Positions 1 to 14,195 of a DNA stretch of 64,000 bases are shown piece by piece (positions within the stretch are counted from its first letter, which is position 1; the number at the start of each line of letters is the position of its first letter). Position numbers and translations under genes: made by a program. The notes beneath the pieces were generated by a model, which saw only the letters and a list, made by a program, of their open reading frames with translations, did no database searches and was not told the origin of the DNA. The stretch is taken from positions 73,718,001 through 73,782,000 of the forward strand of contig NC_043003.1 of the NCBI RefSeq assembly GCF_006345805.1. The letters run 5' to 3'. This DNA comes from Octopus sinensis. Lineage: Eukaryota.

Positions 1-1720
1 ATTCGCCTTCATTGTTTCACGTTGAAGTAGTCTCGAAAATTATTCAACCTCATAGATTTGTCTGAGAAATCTTTACGCTTCTATATTGTTCTATCGATCA
101 GACTTTCAGCATAAAACGCTGGCTACAAAGCACTTAAAATCTCCCTGGAATTGTGTCTTTTGGTTCCGTATTTTCATTGTGATCGAGAAATTTCAGTACA
201 CTTTCGATCTTGCGGACCCCGCTGGAGAGCTATGCGACTCCTCATGATATCTCTCAGCTTCATAGTATGTCCACTGGAATGTCTTAGCTTTGTGTTCTAG
301 CAATGATCTCCTTCGGTCCAATCCGACCTAGAATTAATACATTTTGCATACGCTTCGTCAATGATATTTATAGCCTGAATCCACGCTTGGATTTTTATAT
401 TCTAACTATTCGTCGCTCTGTATACATCGTATGTTTGTCTTCTCTAGGCACAAGGTCCGTTGGTACTAAGGTTATCATTTGATAGGGAGATGAGACCGGT
501 GTTGTTTGGTTGCAAGTTATGACAATTATTGTCTGGTAGTATCCTCTAGGATGTTCTCTGTTACAACAGGATGTATATTTGGGAATTGTGGTACATTTGA
601 GGGTTGGGTATTAGCATTTGCCTTTACTGTTGCAGTTATATGGGTTAGTTTTGTTAAGGAGGTCCGTTGTTGCATTGGATTTATATGTATGGTGTTGGGG
701 GTTATATTGAAATAATTTGATATGGTAGGGGTTACCCGTTGGTGGATTTGGGAGTTTTTTCTTATTAAGATTTCGGATGATCTTTCAATGCTGGTGGTGG
801 TGGAGTAGAATAATTTTATTGATTGGGGGATGGGTAAATACTTTTCTAATGAGGTTAGATTTAGGGAAGAAGAGTTTGGGTAGTCGAATCTGCGTCTCAA
901 GAGTGAGGAGGGGGAATCAGATGACATCTCGGGATCTAGTTTGTTTAATCCGATTAGTTCGGATTACCTGGGTTGGGATAGGGTTTTAGATGTGTATTCT
1001 GGTGTCTGATTTGGTGGTATGTGGTGTATATAGGATTAGGGGTTATCAGGTATGGGAGTTTGTTACGTCGTTTGATACTCCAATATTTGGTTGGACATTG
1101 GAGGGGTGGGGGTTAGAGGGTCATGTTTATAATATGGGGGCTGGAAACTAGATTTGGTTCTGAGTTTATTTGAGAGAGGAATGTCCCTAATAGGTGTGTA
1201 TTCAATTGAGTTTTTATATACGGCGCCTTGTCGGGCACAGTTCTAGTATGCAGCATATTGATTGAGTAAATATTGATTGACAGAAAAATAGATCTGGTTG
1301 AACCCGCTTTCTACAGCAGACTTTAGTACAGAGGGGAGGGTTGAAAGAGAAGTTCACGTAGTGGATTTTTTTCCCCCTGGTATGTGTAAAAGTTTTGGTC
1401 TTGTAAGTCCACAGTAAAATCTAAGAAATTATCCGTTTGACGTTTTCATAGAAAGAGATGCCGAGGTCGACGTTTTGAAATCAGCTTCTAATCTTTTTTT
1501 TAGTTTGTTCGATTGTCTGGTTACTATAATTTTGGATTGGGAACAGAGTTTCATCTCTGTATAGAGCACCGGAGATGTTAGAGAACTGTTCATGGAGACC
1601 GCTAAGTAGGTATGAGTGAGTAGCTTGGGTAGAGTCACTGGTTCCCATACGGATATTGAAAAAATTGGGTGTATCATTTACGGGACAATGATTTCTCATC
1701 GGAAGATATGATATTTCGGC
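1..1720 (-). mobile_element. Degraded 5' part of an L1/Tx1-like non-LTR retrotransposon (ORF1 remnant plus start of APE endonuclease), running off the left edge
   Basis: Minus strand: ORF1-like start MRNHCPVND (1699), an AC/Pro-rich linker, then APE-like motifs read across stops: ..TNG.. (~460), IQAINII (~375; cf. LQEINI) and GDFKC (~135; cf. GDFN). Many stops and frameshifts; clade assignment is tentative. Confidence 0.45.
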
Positions 1721-1729
1721 GAGCTGCTA

Positions 1730-1929
1730 ATATAATATCAGTATCGTTGCGAGTTAGATTAGAATGTTCCTTGGACAAAATTAGAGCCTTATTAAGAAGA
1801 AAAGGAGAAATTGATCAATGTCGAATTGAATATATACATAATTTATATATATGAAGAACTATATATATTTCTCTCTATGCATACACACACACACACACAC
1901 ACACACAGACATATATATATATATATATA

Positions 1930-1986
<57 letters not shown>

Positions 1987-2150
1987 CGTGTGTGTGTGTA
2001 CATAGAGTGAGAGAAAGATATTTCTTCATATATATAAATTATGTATATATTCAATTCGACATTAATCAATTTCTCCTTTTCTTATTAATAAGGCCCTAAT
2101 TTTTTCCAAGGAACTTTCAAATCTAACTCGCAATGATACTGATATTATAT
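1730..2150. repeat. Fold-back: 129-bp inverted arms (1730-1858 / 2022-2150) around a palindromic (CA)n-(TA)n-(TG)n core
   Basis: Manual alignment of the left arm with the reverse complement of the right arm gives 7 mismatches in 129 bp. The core 1877-1989 is itself self-complementary. Confidence 0.92.
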
Positions 2151-2984
2151 ATATATATATATAGCTTTTCTCAAATGCACAGCAAAACCTACGTGAAAAT
2201 ATAAACGTTACGGACTGCAATACCTCTGCAACAAAACGCGAATATGTGAGTAAATTCTAAATCATATTTGTACTCCTATTTCTACAAATACTCTACGTAT
2301 ATGTATATTGATGTTTCTCTGTTTCCGGCTTATGCATCCCACACACGGACGCGTAGAAAACAAACACCAAAGGCACGGTATTTAAATGTCTTTAACAAAA
2401 GAGGTGTCAAGTTTTATTGCTTCTGGAAAGTTCAAAGGAACAATTCAGATCTTTGTTTGATGATTATGCCATAAACACAGAATAAAAGAGAAAAAGTGTT
2501 GGCGGTGAAATTCGTTCTATGAACCTCGGGCAATCGCGCTGCAAAAGAATCTTCAGCACACATCTGTCGAAAACTTAACGCTGTAAAGAGGAAACCCATG
2601 TCTTAATGTCATTGCCCAAACGAATAACAAAACCAAAAGATAACGATGGACAGATGACGACGACTACGATGAAGTATTATACGCATACTATAATGCAACA
2701 CTTAACTCAAAATGCGTAGCAATAAACTTATACAGAAAACATCCAATAAAATGAACAACACCCACATCTTATTTCATAGTTGCTTGATACAAAACAGAAG
2801 AACACAACTCTCACCACACATACAACACAATATAAACATTACTATACAGAAGAATCAAGCCAATTTCCATAGCAAAAAATGGCCATGCAATACAATACTC
2901 TCCAAAGAAAAACCAAGAAAAAAAAGAAATAATAAAATGATTGCATTTTATTACACACACCTCAGCAATGCGAAAGTGTAGTAA

Positions 2985-5960
2985 GTGATGCAATCGAAAC
3001 TTGAAACGTTAGGATGCCGAACAATAATAGCGGTGATGATGATACTGAGGAACTTTACGCTACCTCAGTTTAAGATAGTCAAGAGTTTGCTCAGAAAGTC
3101 TGGGATTGGACCTTTAAGGAAGGCCTCTCGCTCGGTAGCAATTCAGTATAGATGTAGACTGACCACAGCTGTTATCGTAAGACAGCTTCAGCAGATAATA
3201 GAAATAAGGAGAAGGATGAAGACCAGCGAAATAAATGAATAATAAAAGGGGGGTTGTAGAAAACGGAAGTTAAGACTTTGGATAGAGAAGGGTATGTTTG
3301 AAATGACTGCGGAAAGATAGTTGATAAAACTAAAGTTATTAGAAGAAAGTGGATGACAGAATTGGAGGTGGAAGAAATCACAAAAGAAATGGAAGGGGAA
3401 AGCAAAGCAGTAGAAAAGCCAAACAACAACATAAGAAATATAGTTTGAACCGAAGAACTTAAAGGGAAAAGATAATGATAACACTATCGATCAGGATAGG
3501 GCAAGCGACTTAAGCGACATTAGTGAGGAAGATCCGAAGATTTTAGATGAGTTGCAGGAAGCAATGAGTAAAGAAGAAAGAGACAGAAAGATAACCAGCA
3601 TTAAAAGGTGTCATTAGAAGGATGTTGATATATATAATCAGGAAAGTAGATTTTTTTATCAGTAGAATAGATACTAAAAAATTAAGTGACACTAATTTAT
3701 TGATCTATGCAGGAGGGGTGGGAGCTACTAGAAGATTAGATATTCCTAAAGGAAAGATAAGGAGAAGGCAGATGTAGATACAGAAATAAGGAAATATAGC
3801 GAAGAATTTAAGAGAAGATCTGAGTAGAATAGAAGCCTGGAAACTGAACAAGCTAGGAAGCACATGATTTAAATCTTGTTTTGAGTATATATACTTAATC
3901 AAAGGGATAGGATTTGGGATAGACATGAAGGTGTTGAAACGACGTAACATAACGCTGGCAGGTAAGTTGTAAGTTTTCCAGATATGAGAAAAGAATAGAT
4001 CCGTATCAACAGAACAGATTGTTTGAGACAGATCACAAGAGGTTTTTATAGCCAAATAAATTGTGTACAAAATGTTCTGAATGTGAGAAAACTAATACAA
4101 TGGACGCTAGAAAGTTCTGGAGTTATATTTGGCATAAGCCAATTAATCGTGATGAAGGTGCAGCCTGGTAAAAGCAAGTGAGGAATGAACTAATTAGTGA
4201 TAAGCAGCCAGTTCTAAAATTAACTAGTGACTTTATGAGATATGTGTTCGGTAGTAGGCTGAATTGGAAGGGCTAGATTTAATTCAAGGGTATCGGCTAA
4301 ACAAATTTAGTAGCTAACATGGGAGACTGAGGGGGCAACTTTAGGATTGCCTGAATGGAGGGATTGTGCCTAATGGGATGACTAAAGAAAGAAAAGTACT
4401 CCTTATGAGAGACAAATTCAAGGGCTATATAGCTAGTAATTATATACGAATCTGTTGCTTGCCATTTGTATCCACGCTGTAAACAGGAATGGTTTTAGAA
4501 AACATTTATAAGCGCCTTGACAGCCAGAATTATTTCCAGAAGAATAGGAAAGTTGTAGGATGAAGGCGAGAAGAAAACAACCTATCATACATAGATAATG
4601 CAGTGGAATCTACAAAGAATGATTTAACAATAGTATGAATAGATTATAAGAAAGCCTATGACATTATTCCACATTCATGGATGAGTGAATATTTGAGAAT
4701 ATTCATTATTTCAGGCAATACAGTAAGATATTTAATTATTAATAATATTGAAAACTGGTAAGTAGATCTCTACACAGGTGATAGAGCATAAGGGAAACTT
4801 AATATCAACAGAATAATTTTTCAAGGGGACTCGTCATCCTCTTTGATATTTATGTTATGCTTAATTCCCCTCAGTTGAGTATTAAGGAAAGCAAATCTAG
4901 ACAGAAGAACTAAGAAGGAATTCAATATGAATGGAGGATTTCATAAAAGAGCAGGAATGTCACGACTATACTTACCTAGATATCAAGGTGGCAGAGGTAT
5001 AATATCAGTTGAAAATTTTGTTGAGTTAGCAAGAATAGATAGATATACCTATTTAGTTATAGTGAGGAACGATTATTAAGAGTTGCAATAGTAGTAGGTT
5101 GAGGAACCGGAAAACCAAATGAACTGAAAATCCAGAAAAACGAAGGAAGAACATCTTACTGAAGAACATCTTACTAGAATGAGAAGGCTTTGCATGGTAG
5201 ATTTCCAAAGATAGTGGCAGAAAAAAGTAGTAGGGAGACATGGCTCTGATTGCAGAAAGGAAGGCAAAAATGGGAAAGAATATATTTGCTAGAAGCAGCA
5301 TTACATCAAGCATCAGATCAAGCATTGGATAAAAGCGAAGGTAGACTAAAATCAGGTAGGTTACCAATGTAGGTTATGTAAATCGAAGGAAGGGGTGCTA
5401 CACATATAGTTAGTGAACATAGTATGCTGGGACAGAAATAGTACAAGAACAGAAATGATAACCTAGAAAGAATAATCCACGAGGAGGTATGTAAAAAGCT
5501 TGATAAATGACATGAACATGAACTTAATAAAGCGTTAGAAATTACGAAATATAAGATATTGTGGGATTTTTACATTCAGAACGACAGGATTATAAAAGTG
5601 AGAGGGCTTGATTTATTAGTAATGGATAAAGAGAAGAGAAACTAGTGGGTACTTGACTCTACATCCCAAATTATAAGAAAAACTTTAGAGAATAGCAAAG
5701 CACCGGAACTAATCACTAAATAACAAAAGCTAGTGAAAGTGTGGGTGAAATGTGTCCATGTATTTATAGGTGAATTAGGATCAAAAGATACAAATTTCAA
5801 AATATGGATAGGGGGGATAGGCATAAAACCGAGTTTATTGCAACACCAGAAAACGGTATTATTAGGGACAGCTAGGATGCTTTGGAAGGTTCTTGACATC
5901 TAAAGTTACTCGTTTAGCCCGATATTAGGGCTAATCTATTGTGCGTATATAAAATAATAA
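2985..5960 (+). mobile_element. Degenerate R4/Dong-like RLE non-LTR retrotransposon (RT plus CCHC plus restriction-like endonuclease)
   Basis: Decayed motifs in order: WMTELEVEEI, (A)SNY..I.CLP (~4435), DYKKAYD..PHSW (~4645), IFQGDSSS (~4815), RLYLPR..GGRG (~4970), LC.SKE..HIVSE (~5375), ILWDFYIQ (~5560), LLGTARML.KVLDI* (~5860-5902), short AAT tail. RT motif C appears to be deleted. Confidence 0.8.
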
Positions 5961-6104
5961 TAATGATGATGTTATGATGTCACCATTAGGAATGAGCAAG
6001 TGTCCCACTATGCTGCCTCTGTAATAGAGTGGACGAAACCCTTACCCATATCGTGAACAAATATCCTTCACTTGCCCCAAACCACTATATGTTTTGGTGA
6101 CACG

Positions 6105-6690
6105 ATGAGGTAGAGAAAGTTCTACGTTAGAAATTATGCAAAAAGTGAAGTCTAGAGAAAGTCAAAACATGATATGAGCACAAACCGTAAATGGTGTCGG
6201 AGTTAGAAACCTCCAAAATCGTTTGGGGTTTTCCAATCTAAACAGATTAAATGCTAGAATACACAAAGGCGTATCTATTGTCGGTGGCCAACCACATGTC
6301 ATATATAACTGATGTTGCTTGCCCCTTTGACCCAAGAATAGTCAAGAAGGAAGGTAAAAAATAGACATATACTGTACCTCTAAATATGAAATAGCGCATC
6401 TATGGAAAATGAAGAAGGTTAATATATTGCCAATTATTGTTGGGTCGTTGGGCACTGTATTAAATACCATCACTAGGAATATTAAAGAAATCATAATATA
6501 GTTCCCAGTAGAGCTGTTACAAAATGTTTACCCCCTTGTCACTGCTAGAAGAATCAGGAAAGTATCAGATAGTTGAAAAGAACATAGCATAGTACCATAA
6601 GTTGCCAGTAGAAAGCCCTCTACGCATGCCAAGGCTCCAGGAGTTCCAACAAAGCTTGAGTTTTTTAAAAAGGTACTGCTAATAATAATA
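6105..6690 (+). mobile_element. 3' fragment of an R4/Dong-like RLE LINE
   Basis: YITDVACPFDPRI (~6300) and KYEIAHLWKMKKVNILPIIVGSLGTV (~6380-6460), ending in an AAT tail at ~6680. Confidence 0.75.
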
Positions 6691-8373
6691 TATATACGCA
6701 AGCTCTCAGTAGTGTATGAATCGAGCTGTCAGCATCAGAAAAAAAGAAAAAAAAAACGTAAAATCAATTTCTTTGCCTTAAAGACAAAAACCTTTTTTAC
6801 ACATCGCAGTGCAAAGTAAAATATAATAGAGTAATATGAAAAGATCAAGAATCTTTACAACTACGAGAAAAGTATTTTATCTTTGCAACAATGATAGAAA
6901 GTAAATGTTACAACCGTTTAGCCTTTCACGCTATCAACAACAAAAACAAAAGAAAACTTATTGGAATATTTTAAGTGAAAAACAGCATCGCTGGAAAGAG
7001 AATAATTTCTCACCTACAGACGGATTGATGGACAGAACTTCTCTAGCTCGAAAGGTCTCATTTTATTGAGAGTCTACGTAGCCTGGCTTTCCGATGCAAT
7101 CCAATGATCAGACATGTAAATGAAATTACATCTGATATCGACATCACAGCCTTTGTTGTAAAAATCATACAGAATCTCACCTCGTCTTTCAGTGAAATAA
7201 ACTAATAGTGTATTCATAAAATGGTTTGAATTTATTACAGAACAAACGAATCTTGGATTCCTGCAGATTGACTTAGAAAATTACACTGCATCAATCTCGG
7301 AAATACTGATCATAATGAAGCTGCACTTTTCCAAATCTATTACACCAGGCGGATTTTTGTAGATTAGCACAATTGTGAGTATCTCCTTTTCACATTTGCG
7401 AGTATCTTAATAAAAATAAGTAACATTATCAGCTTCTCCGTGAAATACTCACATGGAAATAAACGGCTAAGGAGAAATAAGGGGCATTTTCAACCTGAAT
7501 GGTTTAATAACACGGGAAACCATTTCACAAAACATGGCGGTGAGTAAGCTGGCAATGCATCAGTAAGATTACAATGCATCAACCCACTGACATATGAAGA
7601 GAGAGAGAGAGATAGGGGGGGAGAAATAGAGAGAGACAGAGAAATAAAGGCAGAGAATGGTGTGTGTGAGGGAGGAGAAAATGTCATCTTCTGCATTTAG
7701 GTAGCATGTGAAGAATTTTTTGCTGCTATTTATATTCACTCGAACGATGATGAGAGAATATTTTATTTGCCATGTGTAGCATCAAAATATTGTTGCGAAA
7801 ACCTGGTCTTACAGCAGATCGGTCATTAGCGGTATTGCAGCCATGAATCTACCGAGCTTCATTGTGGTATTAGATATTTAAAATCTACATTAAAATCTAC
7901 TTTAAAATAAAGCATCACCGCACCATATCAGGGAATGAGAGTATAATTTGTTTACTAGTAGTTCCCGTGGCCACTTTCAAACTCTCAGTGGTCTTCTGCA
8001 AACATCTATGTCTAAATTGTTTTATAAAGTGAAAAAGCATCATAAAACAAAATGTAAGCTATCAAGAAGATGAAACGCTTACACAGTGTGTATTCTCCTT
8101 TAAAGTGATCACATTTTATGCCAATATCAATGCTAATGGAAAGAATGAAAATCACATGATCTTTCTACTTTTTCCACATCGTCATCATATGCGGCTTTAC
8201 TCAAAAATCAAATAAAAGAAACAATTACAACAGTTGTTAAAATCTTTCTGATAGAATAACACACGCACATACCCACAAGCATACATACGGACACACAGGA
8301 ATATACACACACATATACATGTATATATATACGTATCTATCTGTATATATATATATATATATCTACGTATCTG

Positions 8374-8414
<41 letters not shown>

Positions 8415-8501
8415 TTTATATTTATACTTATATATGTACGCGTGTATATATACACATACATATATATATATATATATTTACACACAGACACACAGACACA
8501 G

Positions 8502-8573
<72 letters not shown>

Positions 8574-10734
8574 GTATGGTAGAGAACGAGAAAAAGGTAA
8601 AAATGTAGATTGAGAGAGACTGGGTTACACGTGTGTTCCTTAGATGCTTTGTATGATTCCATTACAAATGAAAAAAAGATAAGCAAATAAAATGAGCAAG
8701 AAAAAATTAAATACACACAAGAAAAGAAACTATTAAAATATATGTAGCTTATGCAGAACACAATCTTAGAAGCAGATAAAAGAGGATCAGAGGATTAGGG
8801 TCTGGTAGATTTTTAAAGTTCAGCCAACTTGTAAGCTTTGTTCAAATGGACTCTAATGAAGAGTATGCAGTAAGAATTTTAGAAAGAACCTGCAAACAGC
8901 ATCGCATAATATGGACGTAGATTGTATGTACGTGACTGTTGTGTAGATAAAAAAATGATTTCATACACACATAGCTTGAATCAGAGACATTAGCTTTTTA
9001 TACATGTATCAGTACATGAGTATACATACAGTAGTTCATACCTGAGACACAAATACATACATACATGCATACATACATACGCACGAGCTCACGCACACAC
9101 GGACGCACAAACTTACGCACACATACATAATTGTATATGTATGTAGAAACATCAATAATGATCATCATGTAATTACACGCTGCATAATGAAACTGACATA
9201 CAATCATGCACATATGCAGCCTCGTGTACCGTGCTTTTATGTGTTTCCGTAAATATGTGAACCTTATTTCTACTATGTTATTTTTTACGGTAGCTTAGCG
9301 AATAGATCTCCTCACCTCTCGCTCTCGCTTTCTCTCTCTCTCTCTCTCTCATCCTTCTCGTTTTAACATTTCAGTGTCACATCAATCGACATTTAATTCC
9401 TCGCTGCGCTTTCATGTCTTTGAAATATATTATTTTCGAATATCGCCTATTGGTATGTTAAATGTTTAGGAAAACGAAGTGCGCTAGCATATGTTTATCT
9501 GAATGTGTGCATAGTTCATATAATGTTTCCCTCACATTTTGCTAGCAATATTCATGAACTACATCCATAAGAAATGGAGTCAACTCTAAACTGAAACTAG
9601 CCAAACATGCCACGATGGTGCAGAACTAAGTATTCAGAAACAATATAATCCAGGTTTGATTCGGAACAACTGTCAATATAGATAGTACTTTTTCTTTTCT
9701 AATTTTTTAAAGATTATATTTCCATATTATTACTTGATTCCAAGTAGTGTAAATCTTCATCGTTGAAATATTCCACTTGTGAGCTATATACTTTTGTGTT
9801 TTCTAAGATATGTACGAGAATAATTGTTTGTAATTTATGAACTACAGCTAATGCAATAGAGAGCCTCAGCAGTTTGAAGTTTCGTGATCTGTGGTTGTGA
9901 ATAAATACTTAAAAGATATTTCGGTCTAGAATATTTTATGCGTTTTCTAAAGTAATAGTATGCATAAGCAAAATGATAACTGTGAAAAAAATTAGATTCC
10001 AAAATCTTAGCAAAATCAAAACCAGGCTCTGGTATTAAGCAATCAGTAAATTAGTAGCATTATTCCTATTAAAGAGGTAATGAGATATAATGATTATCTG
10101 CAAGGGGGGAATATTTCAACCATGCTATTTTATGTTTATCAGATATGTGGGGATCCTGAAAAAGTCTGCTGAATGTATTGAACTACAGGACTTCATATTC
10201 TTGCCGGATGGAATTTTGAGTCGTCTTTCAGATAGCTTTGAGATACATGCCTACACAAAGCTTGTTTCCTGTTGAGGAATTTATGTTCGTATGTTTCAGC
10301 TCGGATTGCTAGTAATGATTTCAGTTTTAGTCTATATCTGAGTAATAGGTTTTAGCGATCAGGCAGAATGGATTTGCCGCACTGTTATAAAATGTCGAAG
10401 ACACAAGAAATTATACGCAGATTGGTCAGGTTTCTTCGTATATAAAATGGTGATGTAGAAACTGCTTCTTCATAGTTCAAAATGCCTGAAACTAAGAAGG
10501 TGGTAGATAGTGAGATGTGCTCAATCATATGCATGTGTGTTCAGGTGTATGTATGTAACAGAGAGAGGTGGAAGGAGAAAGGAATTGTGAGACAAAGTAT
10601 TGAATAATTAAGAGAAATGGCAGGTTAGAAGAATTCTTTGGTTAAATAATATATGAATAAGGTAGAACACCAATATGTGGAAGTAGTAATAGATTGCGCC
10701 GAATAAATAAATACTGACAAATGAAGCATACGTA

Positions 10735-10940
10735 TTAGTTTCAAAATTTGAACACAAGGTCAGCTATTTCTGAGGAAGGGTGAAGTCGACTCCATGGTCC
10801 TCATTGCTCAACCGGTACTTATGTTATCGACCGCAAAAATATGAAAGGCAAAGTCGACCTCGACTTAAAAACGGACGAAGTGCCGCTAAGCATTTCAGCC
10901 TGGCGTGCTAACGATTCTGCCAGCTCGCCAACCTAAATAA
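10735..10940 (-). mobile_element. tRNA-derived octopus-type SINE copy
   Basis: Shares the gaaaggcaaagtcgacctcg core and the gctaacgattctgccagctcgcc head (reverse complement of an A-box-like head) with the other copies in the window. Confidence 0.8.
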
Positions 10941-11343
10941 CCTATTAATATTAATGTGTCTCTTTTGAGTAATGGGTACAAGCTCACTGGTAATTCTTTT
11001 GTTCTGCCTCCATCTTTGAAAGTGGCGACTGACTAAGGAAGATGTTTAATTGCGAAAATAACCTGCATAATTTTCCTTCCAAGTGTTTCAGCATTTTTTT
11101 GCTAAGTAACGGAGGATTGACTATGTGATGCAGCTTCAGAATGTTGCTGGAATCTATTTTTTTTAACACCGGAAAAGAAGATGAATTGGGGTGCGCGGAG
11201 TGATTGGAACAGAAATATAAATGAAATAAAGCAAGCAGTCCGTCGATATTTTACTTATGATTTTGCAACATCTTTTACACAATAAAAGCATAGAAGGTCG
11301 TAATATCTGTTTCAAATTTTGGAACAAGGCTAGCAATTTCGAA

Positions 11344-11712
11344 CACATCGACATTGGTGCTCAATTGAAAGCATGAAAAACAAAGTTTACCTCAGCGGAA
11401 ATTGAACTCGGAATTTAAAGACAGATGAAATGCAGCTAAGCATTTTGCCTGGCATGCAAATATTTCTGTCAGCTTAGTACCTTAGCAATTTATATTGTTG
11501 GTTTCAAATTTTCGCACAAAGGCAGCAATTCCGAGGTAAGGGTTAATTCGATTACATCCATCCCAGTGCTCAAATCGTAGTTCTTTGATCGACCTGGAAA
11601 TGAGGCAAAGTCGACCTCGACGGAATTTTATCTTAGAAGGTAAAGGCGGGTGAAAGGCCACTAAGCTGTTCCTCTGCCGTGTTAACGATTCTGTCAGCTT
11701 GTTAACTTAGCG
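11344..11712 (-). mobile_element. Two adjacent decayed SINE copies (11344-11485 and 11497-11712), same family
   Basis: Both contain decayed caaagtcgacctcggcggaatttgaactc and gctaagcattt blocks. Confidence 0.7.
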
Positions 11713-13439
11713 ATTCATAATATTGAAATCTAAAAGATACCCAAACCTTGAGTCATTGAGAGAAGAGACTGATTGCATGAGTAGTAGAGATTACTTTGGA
11801 CCCCGAGTGTACATTTGGCTCTACTGGTGTTAGAGCACAGAATCAAAAGGGACACTCAATATAATTTGATACATAATCTATACAGAACGCTACCTTAACT
11901 TTTCTGGCTAAGTTGGATGAGAGAGAAAGAGAGAGAGAGAGAGAGGTAGGGAGAGAGAGAAAGAGAGAGTGACAGAAAGAGAGAAAGAGAAAGAATAGGA
12001 GAGAAGCAAAGGCACCAATCGCACTAAGAAGCATCATTAAACTACACAAATAGGTGAATGGATAATTACAAAGAACTAGAACGAATACCACAAGGCAGCT
12101 AGCCTGATATTCTAACAGTAGTATGGGCAGGGATTAGTACGAATAGACGGGAATTTACCATTGCATTGGAGACAAATAAGGATGCTTTCAACAGCAATGT
12201 CTTGTGCGGGTTTTAAGTTGAAGATGTTGATTCAGTTTCTTGACCAGCAATTATTTTATCGATGTAAGAATGTTGAAAAGGAAAGTGAACCCTGATAGTT
12301 TATGAATTAATACAACGAGAGTTTCTTTAGTACGGCTGCTTCATTTGCCTCTCCGAATATTTTCAATAACACAGCGCAATTGGGGAAGCTTTACATACTT
12401 AGTAAGAGATAAGAATTGATTTTATAGCTCTCTGTAACTTTCAATTGCTTTAGTATTGATATTTTCAGGTTAATACTTATATTCTTATCCGTTTTTGAAG
12501 TGCGCTTCAGGCATAATTTCAATATATTTTTATCAGATATACATCTAATAAATATAAAATTGCATGTGTTTTCTCAAATGTACATAGTTCAATAGATGGT
12601 TTCCAGTGATTACATAACATACCTTGGACATAGGCTCTCAATACAACTATCTTCCTATTAATTTACATCTATTGTTCATCTTCCATGGCAGTGCTACCAT
12701 AGCAAGGCGGCGATAAACAGTGTAACCGACACGATCATCCTGTTTTTCTACGGGGATTTTATTTATGTAAGAATACATTTAAGTAGACCTCGAATGAATT
12801 GACGAAGATTTGCATGTTGTTGTTAGAAAGTAAAAACTACTCTCCATTTTTTATCAGTATTTCAAAGGTTTTACGTATATATTGTTATTTGTTGTTTCAA
12901 TCACATTAGCTCTTATCAGACACAGCAATGATTTAAAACATTCAAACATTCAATATTCCTTTCTTTTTTTCCCAATTATAATTTATAATTTATTATAATA
13001 TTTAATATGCTCCTTCGTTTCAATGAATGATTTACATGGTTTAGAGGAAATTTGGTCACTATTTCTTGCAGATGGCACTTTGCATTTTTATATTATTTTC
13101 ATTTAACACGTAATGCTCATGACAACGCATGCTGTCCTCCGATTGCTGTCTTTGTACCGATTCTTACTGTTTGGCGGTCTCTCTCTCTCGCTCTCTCTCT
13201 TGTCTCTGTCTTTTTTTTCTCTCTCTCTCTTGCCTCTCTCTTTCTCTATTTCGGCTCTCTCTCTCTCTATCTACCTCCCCCCTCTCTCTCTCAGTTGTAG
13301 TTTCAGTAACAGATCATATCAGCACGATGTTTTGGGTGAGTCCTTTGGTTGATGATATAAACATATGCAAGATACAACTGATATCTTGCCTTTCCTCAGA
13401 GAACTAATTTTACTGAAACAGCCTCAATTCCCGTTTTAA

Positions 13440-13751
13440 TTTATATTTCATTTGGGCAGAACCACAATCACGCAGGTTTTTCCCGCTTCTGTATATAATA
13501 TTTCTAATGGTACAGTTGGTTGTATGACAAACATAAGGGCATATGGTATTTAGCTACACGATCACGGTTTCTTAGTATTCATATAATCGGAACTGTTTTT
13601 ACTCAGCCATGTGAAGAGTAAAGAATCGATACTGGTTTACTACTACCAACTAAATATAGTATTCCATTGATTTTCATGAGAAGCTACGTGTTTAGAATGC
13701 ATGCACATTATTCTGTTGTGTGTACACAAATACACACACACGCACACGCAC

Positions 13752-13818
<67 letters not shown>

Positions 13819-14195
13819 TACATGCATACATACATAAATACATACATACATACAGGAAAACGGGGATTATAAATCCAGGCGAATACGTTCGCCAAAATCG
13901 GCATTTTTTCGTCAACCATGGAAAATTCTGAAATACTTGTACACTTGTGTGCGGCTCATACACTCCTCTCCATATTCTTTCTGCAACTTTGTGTAGGCCT
14001 CTGAGCAGATATCGCCATGAAAAGTTTATCCTTCCAAGAACTGCTGTAAAGACCTAAAGTGAGCTAGAACGTTAAAACTTGCGCATGTACAACATAGGTG
14101 AGGGTCAATCTCTCCCAAACGGCTTTACTCTGCATGCTTTGGCTTCGTTATTATGGCAACAATCCGGATACTTATTGATCATACCTCGTACAGTA
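13440..14195 (-). mobile_element. Mariner (Tc1/mariner) relic interrupted by a (CA)/(TA) microsatellite at ~13725-13850
   Basis: Minus strand starts with TIR-like tacgaggtatgatcaataagtatccgga (~14190). Translation ..AYTKLQKEYGEECMSRTQVYKYFRIFHG.. matches the mariner N-terminal HTH. Confidence 0.65.

Noticed and set aside
1700-1750. Minus-strand gata-ctgatat..gccgaaatatc as a hammerhead
   Set aside because: G8/A9 are absent and the stem register is off.
5642-5899. Minus-strand 85-aa ORF
   Set aside because: Antisense of the RLE LINE C-terminus.
10090-10275. Possible exon or hAT-like peptide (..IAWLKYSPL.. on the minus strand)
   Set aside because: Stops in frame, no splice support and the diagnostic ERSFS motif is missing.
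12130-12300. Weak piggyBac-like peptide (PAQDIAVES..) on the minus strand
   Set aside because: Too degenerate to support without an HMM search.
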